A stretch of 64,000 nucleotides of DNA from Botrimarina sp. (GTDB taxonomy: Bacteria; Planctomycetota; Planctomycetia; Pirellulales; Lacipirellulaceae), in assembly GCA_965263145.1 (NCBI GenBank), contig OZ253585.1:261668-325667 (forward strand), written 5' to 3'. Below are positions 57,080 through 64,000 of the stretch, piece after piece; position 1 is the first letter of the stretch, and every line of letters begins with the position of its first letter. The notes below the pieces were generated by a model. The model saw only the letters and a program-made list of their open reading frames with translations, did not search any database and was not told where the DNA came from. Made by a program: the position numbers and the translations under genes.

Positions 57080-59077
57080 TCATTCCTGTTGCTCACGAAC
57101 AAGACGAAATCCAACGTTAGGTAATGCGACATCGGGGTTAACTCCCAGGCGGAAAGATGGAGTTGCGGTTTGTCGTTCAGTATCCCAACCGCCACCACGG
57201 ACTGATTTCATGGTCCCTGAATCAGGTCCTATTGGGTTGATGACAGGCTCCTGCGATTGCTTGTAGCCAGCTTGCCAGTCAAGCGTCCACTCCCAGACAT
57301 TGCCTGACATGTCGAGGCATCCAACCGGAGATCGACTTGCTTTGTATGATCCAACGGGCGTGGTTGATGGAGTGATCACATTCTCTGATTCATTATTGCT
57401 GTTCATGAAAGTCGCATTTGCTAAGGGAGCAAACCGATCGCGAGAAATTCCAGTGCGGTAGGCTCTGCCGTTATTGGAATCCCACCCTGCAGCTTTCTCC
57501 CACTGGGCTTCTGTGGGCAAGCTGGCGTTGTTAGCTTCTGCCATCGCTTTTGCACCGTGCCATGTGACATAATTTACCGGGTGGTCCGCTCGTCGGTCGC
57601 GATATACCACTTGTCCCTTGTCGAGCGTAAGCAGCGCTAAGGGAGCATGCGGCCAAAGTGAACACCAATCTTTGCCGGAGGAAGTGCTGCGTACTGTCTT
57701 GTCGTCAATTACCGCGTTCCCTTCTGCAATTTGCTTGTTGAGGAAATCGGCATACTGACGACATGTCACTTCAGTCGCGCTAATCTCATACGCATCAAGC
57801 TGAACCCAGTGGCGTGGCCATTCAATGCTCCATCCTTCGCCTTGGGGTGCACCCATTAAGAATGCACCGGCAGGGACTTTACACCATCTTGTCTCTTTTG
57901 TGATTGATCCATCGACGATAGCGGGCTCAAGGCTCTGGCGTTTTATGCTGGTAGGTACGATTTCTTCTTGGATCTTTTTTAAGTAGGCCGCCAGCACGCG
58001 AGATGTCTTTGGGCGGTTCTGAGGATCGATGCGCATTGAATCGGGAGATTCAATATGTATCGCCCGGCGAGAGACTTCGCTATTCAGCACCCCATAGACT
58101 CGTCCTCCCAACCCAGAGTAATAGAAGTCTGTTTGAACTCCCATGTATTCGTATTTGCGATCTTCGATCAGATTCCCCCAATAGCTCTTTGGCGATTGGT
58201 CCCCATATTCTGCTTGCACACATGAATCGAAGGCTACCTTAAGTTGCTGAATCTCTGCGGTAGTAAAACCGCGGGTCATGCATTCAAAGACATTGCGATA
58301 GTGATTCTTTCCCTCGGCATCGGTAACCGAAAGATCGTGCCCATGAAAGTCCAGATAAAGGTCTAGCGGCGGGCTGCCTGGTTCGTAACTGGGAGGCGTT
58401 CCAATACGATGGGTCTTGTCCTTGAATGTAGTGTAAATAGCAGTCGCTTCATCGGTCCAATCACGATAGGGAAGAATCCCATAGTTGGATGGTCGAGGGC
58501 GTCGCTGAAGCGGTCGATTCACATCGATCCAGCGGCCCAAGTAAGTGATCCGAGATCCATACGCACAGACTGAGGGGACTTTGCATAACTCGGTTGTACC
58601 AACAACGATTTCGCCGGTGTACATATCACAGTCACCATGTGGTGCGCCAAGCACAACGCCAGGCCATTGTGATTGATCTCCTTGCTGTGATTCGATGCGA
58701 ATTGGCGAATCGATTCTCTCAAGCGTTGTCTCACTGGCATTCAGGAGTCTCATCTTGACGATTGCTGTACCTGGCTGAACGTCAAGTTTATCTCGCAGTG
58801 ACTTCTTGATCGAAACCGTTTGTGGATGCCGAGTAATCGGATAAAGTAAGACTTCAAGTTGATTCTCTCCGCTTGATAGCATCGCTGCACATCCGGGCGA
58901 AGCATCGAGCTGTTTAAATAGTTTGGGGGATACCAGCGCGACATCGCCTAGCTGCACCGCACTGAGCGGAGTCATCTCTACCTGATTGAATTCCCAAGTC
59001 CCAGCAGCTGATACTGGCAATGCCATCAGCAGCAGTGCCCAGGCTAATATGAGTTGGTATTGATTACAGTTTGTCAT
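57080..59077 (-). CDS. FGE-sulfatase (SUMF1/formylglycine-generating enzyme-like) domain protein with ~370-aa N-terminal extension
   Basis: Signal peptide. The C-terminal half has DMSGNVWEWTLDW and RGGGWDTE, hallmarks of the FGE/DUF323 fold. Confidence 0.7.
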   Translation of the reverse strand: MTNCNQYQLILAWALLLMALPVSAAGTWEFNQVEMTPLSAVQLGDVALVSPKLFKQLDASPGCAAMLSSGENQLEVLLYPITRHPQTVSIKKSLRDKLDVQPGTAIVKMRLLNASETTLERIDSPIRIESQQGDQSQWPGVVLGAPHGDCDMYTGEIVVGTTELCKVPSVCAYGSRITYLGRWIDVNRPLQRRPRPSNYGILPYRDWTDEATAIYTTFKDKTHRIGTPPSYEPGSPPLDLYLDFHGHDLSVTDAEGKNHYRNVFECMTRGFTTAEIQQLKVAFDSCVQAEYGDQSPKSYWGNLIEDRKYEYMGVQTDFYYSGLGGRVYGVLNSEVSRRAIHIESPDSMRIDPQNRPKTSRVLAAYLKKIQEEIVPTSIKRQSLEPAIVDGSITKETRWCKVPAGAFLMGAPQGEGWSIEWPRHWVQLDAYEISATEVTCRQYADFLNKQIAEGNAVIDDKTVRSTSSGKDWCSLWPHAPLALLTLDKGQVVYRDRRADHPVNYVTWHGAKAMAEANNASLPTEAQWEKAAGWDSNNGRAYRTGISRDRFAPLANATFMNSNNESENVITPSTTPVGSYKASRSPVGCLDMSGNVWEWTLDWQAGYKQSQEPVINPIGPDSGTMKSVRGGGWDTERQTATPSFRLGVNPDVALPNVGFRLVREQQE

Positions 59078-59096
59078 CTGTCTTAAGCCCTTGTGT

Positions 59097-59657
59097 CTAT
59101 CGCTCAGTCACTTGCGTAGAGTTGTTTATTCCTGGACATTCGAGGCAAAATGCCATCGCCTCATTTGCTCTAGTGAGGCTAGTCCGTGCTTCTTCTAGGG
59201 CACCGTCAGCTGCTGCACTAATTGTTCGATTAATGAGCCTCTCGACTGTTGCAAAACGGATCATGAGGTTGGCAAATTTCTCGATCCCCAAGCCATCACG
59301 AAGCCTTTGGTAATGGCTTAAGAAATCCCGAATGGGGAGGGCTGTTGCTTCAGCCAATTCTGAATCGAGAAAATGCAAGTCGTCTTGATTTGAATACTTC
59401 TCGCAGACCGACTCAATTGCCTCTGAAAGAGGAGCAAGTAGAGGGATGGGATCGAGAGTTCCCCCCTCCCCTGCTCCTGTGGATAACCCGTTATCGCTTT
59501 TCGTTTGGCGCAGGATTGCTCCAGCCACGATGCATGCGATGGCAATAATGTAGGTGACCAATAGGCTATTGGATTCCTTGAGAGGTCCTGAAGCAGCCAC
59601 CAAAGCTGTAACTGAGCCAAGCGACATCAAGCTAATGGCAAGTGCTTGCTTTATCAT
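59097..59657 (-). CDS. Hypothetical secreted or membrane protein (~186 aa from the ATGA-coupled start at 59657)
   Basis: ATG at 59657 overlaps the OPT transporter stop (ATGA). N-terminal MIKQALAISLMSLGSVTALVAASG is signal-peptide-like. Confidence 0.4.
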   Translation of the reverse strand: MIKQALAISLMSLGSVTALVAASGPLKESNSLLVTYIIAIACIVAGAILRQTKSDNGLSTGAGEGGTLDPIPLLAPLSEAIESVCEKYSNQDDLHFLDSELAEATALPIRDFLSHYQRLRDGLGIEKFANLMIRFATVERLINRTISAAADGALEEARTSLTRANEAMAFCLECPGINNSTQVTER

Positions 59658-61444
59658 TGAAGCACTCCAAGCACAGTCAGAATGGCAAAGAGAAGAGTGC
59701 AAAGTCCATCACCTACGATAAGTCCAACCGCAACAGGAACTCCGGTCGATTCACACCAGGTAACTCCCTTGCTATATGAAGCAACCTCACGGGTGATCGC
59801 ACCAAAACCATATGGAAGCACAATTCCGATTCCGAGGTACATCGAAATACCAACAATCACTCCGAGTCCTGGAATGCCACTAAACGAGAGACAAGCTCCT
59901 ACCAAAGCGCCTGTTCCATAGCGTGTCCAATCAATTGATCCCTGCTGTACCTGTTCTATGACGGCTCGCAGGGCGTCAGCTTGTGGAGCAGCAATTTCGG
60001 TACCAGGGCCAAAACCGTTTTGACCCTCAGGCCCTGATTGCCAAAGCAAAGTGACTACTGCTAGGGCTATGATTGGGCCCAGTCCACAAAAACAAAGTTG
60101 AACCCACTGTTGGCTTGATGGTCGACTTCCGACAAGTTGCCCTGTACGGAGATCTTGCATCATGTCGGCACTAAGCGAACAGGCAACACTTACCGCTGCG
60201 CCTAACAGAATTGCTGCGGAGATGGCTCCACCCGAAAGTTTCATTAGGACAACCACCGATAAGAGTGCCATGCCGGACAAGGGGGTCCAATCGGTCATGC
60301 CAGTAGCTTGCGCAATAATAATTGACGAAAACCAGACCCAAAGTGCCCCGAGAGTTGCCACAACGACACCACGGATAATGGCTTCTATGGGGGTGGTTGT
60401 TGAACTGATTCCATAAACCGTAATGACAAAAAGTGTCACCACGGCAAGACCCGCAGAACCGTACAACCAACCAGCCGAAAGTTCATCACTGCGCGCTCTG
60501 GGCCCGTCGCTTTTAGTTGTATGTTGAGAAGCGTTAAGCACCCCTTTGAAGGCCGCACGAACGGCAGGCAGTGTTAGCACAATCCCACCAAGTGCTCCTC
60601 CAAGTAGCATGCCTATACCAAGAGGGCGGGTTATTAGCGAATGAATATCTGCCCCGATGGTTTCAGGATCAATATCTCCTCCGAAGGCAGGTCCCCACTC
60701 GTACTCGACGACCAAGGGAGCAATTAACCAATAACTAACCGCACTTCCAGCCAGTACAAAGAGACCATTACGCCCAGCAATGAAACCAATTCCAATGGCA
60801 AACAACGAAAGTGATGCGGTCGCTTCGACATAAGGAGGGAGATTCAGCAAGGAAGCAAAGTCGATTGACCCGGGAAAAGTATAATCAACACCAGGAAGGT
60901 GCTTCAGGTTCTTTAGTAGAAAGAACACCGACGAGACACACGCACCAGCAAGCATTAATCGTGTTTTTGCAATCCCTTGCGAAGGAGATCGAAGTATCGT
61001 CGCGACCGCAGTTCCACTGGGAAAGGGAAGGCGTTCGATCTCAATCATCTGTTTACGAATGGGGATGACGAACCCGACTCCAAGCAAGGCGCCCGCTACA
61101 CATGCAGCCGCGACTTCCCAAAAATGAAATTCAACACCGGGTAAAAGAAACAAGACGGGTACCGTAAACACCACACCTCCCGCCGTTGTATTCAGGCTTG
61201 AGGCTATGGTTTGGACGATATTGTTTTCAACAATCGTGCCTCGTCGCAAGGCACCTCGCAAAGCACCCCACCCAAGTATCGCCGCTACAGTCGAACCCGA
61301 TGTGGAAAAGCCAAGCGTCATTCCCGCGTAGGTGAACGTGGCAGTCATTGCTGCCCCAATTAAAAGTCCCAAGACGACGGCTACAAATGTCACTTCGGCA
61401 TATGGCTTCTTCGGCGAACTTAAATGGGGTCGCGAGTTTGACAT
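59654..61444 (-). CDS. OPT-family oligopeptide transporter (polytopic membrane protein)
   Basis: 596 aa with more than 12 hydrophobic helices and glycine-rich TM segments typical of OPT transporters. Confidence 0.65.
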   Translation of the reverse strand: MSNSRPHLSSPKKPYAEVTFVAVVLGLLIGAAMTATFTYAGMTLGFSTSGSTVAAILGWGALRGALRRGTIVENNIVQTIASSLNTTAGGVVFTVPVLFLLPGVEFHFWEVAAACVAGALLGVGFVIPIRKQMIEIERLPFPSGTAVATILRSPSQGIAKTRLMLAGACVSSVFFLLKNLKHLPGVDYTFPGSIDFASLLNLPPYVEATASLSLFAIGIGFIAGRNGLFVLAGSAVSYWLIAPLVVEYEWGPAFGGDIDPETIGADIHSLITRPLGIGMLLGGALGGIVLTLPAVRAAFKGVLNASQHTTKSDGPRARSDELSAGWLYGSAGLAVVTLFVITVYGISSTTTPIEAIIRGVVVATLGALWVWFSSIIIAQATGMTDWTPLSGMALLSVVVLMKLSGGAISAAILLGAAVSVACSLSADMMQDLRTGQLVGSRPSSQQWVQLCFCGLGPIIALAVVTLLWQSGPEGQNGFGPGTEIAAPQADALRAVIEQVQQGSIDWTRYGTGALVGACLSFSGIPGLGVIVGISMYLGIGIVLPYGFGAITREVASYSKGVTWCESTGVPVAVGLIVGDGLCTLLFAILTVLGVLQ

Positions 61445-61456
61445 GTTGACCTGCAG

Positions 61457-62737
61457 TTACGTTCCCTTGCTGAAACGCTGGTTGCTGGCCTCGACTTCAG
61501 GACGATGAGGCACCCCTAGATCCAATTCTTTTTCTGCGGGATCGATACGTAACTTTTGATCTGATTCGTGATCGACTTCGCTTTGGAGCAGATATTCGCA
61601 AAGCGTTTCGTAAAGAGGCTGAAGCGATGCAATATCAAGCCATTCATTATCGGTATGAGCACCATCGCCCGGAACTCGAAGGATCAGAATCGGTATTCCG
61701 AGTGGTGCAAACCATTTTGCATCACTCGATCCGTTGTCTGCCCGTATGCCGATTGGGCGCTCTAAGCGTCTTTCCCATATTTCACGAAGGTTGAGTAACT
61801 CGGGATCTTCCGGAGATAGATAGACGCGTTCCCCTTCGATTAAACCTGTGACATTCAAAGGAGCAAAAGCTTCCCTTGCAAGCTGAATAACTTCTTCGCC
61901 CGATTGCTCACCAGCCCAGTAGATTCTCACCGAAGCTTGTGCCCAGCAAGGTGGCCCTACGCCGTCTGATTTTGATTGCAAATCCAAAACACAGGCAGTC
62001 GATCCCCAGTTGGTATCGGCGTCAAGTTCGTATTGACGAGGACAAAGCTGATCTAGCCCACGTGTCACGTTTCTCATTAAAAGCTCAGCTGCGCTCTCGC
62101 CATTCCAGGGTGCATTGCGTGCCCCGGGATTATTCTGAGCTTCGATCTCTAACTGGATAATGCCTTTCTGCGCAAAGGTAACGGCATGGCCATAGCCACC
62201 ATCACCATTTAATAGCTTCTTCGGGTGCCATCCTTCTTCAACAAGAATTTTCGCTCCGCTGCGTCCGCCGATTTCTTCGTCGGTATTGATCATCAAACCA
62301 ATATTTGGCGGGTTTGGCAAAAAGGCTAAGTCTCGGATGACGTGCATCGCCACCGCGACAAACCCTTTCATGTCGACTGCTCCACGGCCAAACAATTGGC
62401 CATTGATGACTCGTGGCTGGTACTGATTCGGATTTCCTGGAACCACGTCCACATGCCCATGAAGCATGCAGTTAGGGGATTTTGTCTTCTCGGTTGTAAT
62501 TACAATGGATGGATAGCCGTTGCGTTCAACCTGTTCAACTATCACAGGAGCACCATCAAAAAAGCGACGAATCCTATCGATAATCTCACGCAATGCAGAG
62601 TAGTCGTCATCAACCGAAGGTACTTCGATCAGAGAGCAACAGGAATCGACAAGTTGTTGGACCTTGGGGGCCATATTGTTGTGATTAGCTAGTAATAAGG
62701 ATAATGTCGATGTGATTAGCTGTTTGTCAAAGGACAT
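61457..62737 (-). CDS. M20-family metallopeptidase (ArgE/DapE/ACY1-like deacylase)
   Basis: MLHGHVDVVP (M20 metal-binding His/Asp block), NTDEEIGG and the downstream DNGSSD/H block. Size is 426 aa. Confidence 0.7.
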   Translation of the reverse strand: MSFDKQLITSTLSLLLANHNNMAPKVQQLVDSCCSLIEVPSVDDDYSALREIIDRIRRFFDGAPVIVEQVERNGYPSIVITTEKTKSPNCMLHGHVDVVPGNPNQYQPRVINGQLFGRGAVDMKGFVAVAMHVIRDLAFLPNPPNIGLMINTDEEIGGRSGAKILVEEGWHPKKLLNGDGGYGHAVTFAQKGIIQLEIEAQNNPGARNAPWNGESAAELLMRNVTRGLDQLCPRQYELDADTNWGSTACVLDLQSKSDGVGPPCWAQASVRIYWAGEQSGEEVIQLAREAFAPLNVTGLIEGERVYLSPEDPELLNLREIWERRLERPIGIRADNGSSDAKWFAPLGIPILILRVPGDGAHTDNEWLDIASLQPLYETLCEYLLQSEVDHESDQKLRIDPAEKELDLGVPHRPEVEASNQRFSKGT

Positions 62738-62776
62738 GTCTCAAACACAGCAAGACTTTCACGTAGCGTTACCAAA

Positions 62777-63748
62777 CTATTGTTCTGGACTCGCTATATT
62801 GGTCGTGGCAAGTTGCTTGTCATTAATTGCCGCAGAGCGTTCAAGCGTCGTTTTCAGCCAGCTCGTAACTTCAGTACGATCTACCACTGACTCAGGGTGC
62901 TTTTGATACTCGGCGATTTGACGAATGAAATGATCAACAAGATTTCGATGGCTTTGTCGCATGAAGACTTGTCCGAGGTCGAAAACGATAATTTCTCGGT
63001 TGAGTATCTCGTAATTAACGACAAATAGTTGCCGAGGTATAAAGATCACTTCATATCCAAGAAGATCGTTGTGGAGTCGATCCAAGATCGAGTCCACAAA
63101 TTCTTTTACGGGTGCAAAGTCGAGGCGATCCCATGGAGGACGCCTAAGAATGAAATCTTCAACTTCACTCTGTACAACGACTTCCAATCGTCTTCGTTCG
63201 TGTTTGTTGATCACTTCGACACGATGTAAGAAAGATTCAATTGAGACATCGATCTGCTTCTGAGGTAGGGCGTAAACGCGTTTCAAAACCTGTTTACGTA
63301 GCTCAAGTGGTTGATGAACAATCGAGAATCCACGAGAAATGCTCAGCCGCTCACCACTTCCCTGGCTGAGCCAGAATTCCTCGAGATCCGCATAGCTACG
63401 ACTTTCATGCCCAATTTGAGGCCGTAGGTAAAACGAATCACTTTCCATGTCTAGCAACCAATCGATCGATAAGTTCAAGACACGGCAGAGCTTCTGAAGC
63501 TTCTCGAGTGATGGTAATTGATGCCCGTTGAGGATGGAGTAGACCGTGCTAACTCCAATTCCTGATCGTGCTGCGAGCCATTTAGGGGTTTCGCCTTGCT
63601 GGTAAAGAGCAGCACGCATCTTTTTACCTAGCTTTTCAGCATCAACGGATTGGGCCTCGGATTTGGCCATAACAGATGGGGGGGCTGAAGATTGTGGTGT
63701 CATAATAATTTTGGCGTGAAGTATGTAACAAGACGTAGATAATCGCAA
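62777..63748 (-). CDS. XRE-family HTH transcriptional regulator with C-terminal domain of unknown function
   Basis: KKMRAALYQQGETPKWLAARSGIGVSTVYSILNGHQLPSLEKLQKLCRVLNLSIDWLL is a Cro/C1-type HTH. Confidence 0.6.
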   Translation of the reverse strand: MRLSTSCYILHAKIIMTPQSSAPPSVMAKSEAQSVDAEKLGKKMRAALYQQGETPKWLAARSGIGVSTVYSILNGHQLPSLEKLQKLCRVLNLSIDWLLDMESDSFYLRPQIGHESRSYADLEEFWLSQGSGERLSISRGFSIVHQPLELRKQVLKRVYALPQKQIDVSIESFLHRVEVINKHERRRLEVVVQSEVEDFILRRPPWDRLDFAPVKEFVDSILDRLHNDLLGYEVIFIPRQLFVVNYEILNREIIVFDLGQVFMRQSHRNLVDHFIRQIAEYQKHPESVVDRTEVTSWLKTTLERSAAINDKQLATTNIASPEQ

Positions 63749-64000
63749 TCTGACTCTTGTTTCTCTAAGGCTCTCAGGGATTTTTTGCCGTGTTTGGGCA
63801 AGCCGAATCCCACCACAACCACCCCCAAAGTGGGAGACCTAGTGATTATCCGCATCGACCAGGTCGTGGTACTACCATAAGATTATAGCTTGACGGCAAT
63901 GGCGCGCCAAGCTTAAGATCGATTTCTGATGACATTACTGTTTGTTTATTTTGCCGCCTGGCTATCCGACCTACTTGATGCGAATTGGAGTTGACCTCAT

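Overview
This window reads as planctomycete-like DNA and splits into two parts at a tRNA-Lys(CTT) gene at 27358..27430. The cues are many DUF1559 prepilin-type N-terminal proteins, PEP-CTERM sorting signals, dockerin-like DxNxDGxVD repeats, sulfatase/FGE genes and an ECF sigma/FecR pair.

The left part (1..~27.4 kb) looks like an integrated conjugative or plasmid-like element. It carries:
- a VirD4/TraG-type coupling protein, truncated by the window edge;
- a vWA lipoprotein;
- a frameshifted DUF3991-Toprim primase-like gene;
- a KfrA-like HTH protein next to a palindrome-rich non-coding region, upstream of a Rep-like gene;
- a PstI/BsuBI-like type II restriction-modification pair (gamma-class N6-adenine methyltransferase with an overlapping endonuclease);
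- a translationally coupled DUF262 (ParB-like) and RelA/SpoT-like small-alarmone-synthetase two-gene cassette. This is my main candidate for an undescribed defence or toxin module;
- an AT-rich ThuA plus two GMC-oxidoreductase cluster;
- an IS903-like IS5-family element with a frameshifted transposase;
- a large class-3-lipase-domain protein followed by an overlapping periplasmic ankyrin-repeat protein, a putative toxin/immunity pair.

The right part (~27.6..64 kb) is core-like:
- gamma-glutamyltranspeptidase and an SPFH protein;
- a minus-strand tRNA array with several atypical members;
- a long cluster of secreted PEP-CTERM/dockerin-like proteins, including a sulfatase, a reprolysin-like metalloprotease and a 1364-aa ORF that appears to be three paralogous modules fused in-frame;
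- an ECF-sigma/FecR/DUF1559 operon;
- an FGE-domain protein, an OPT transporter, an M20 peptidase and an XRE regulator.

No CRISPR array was seen.
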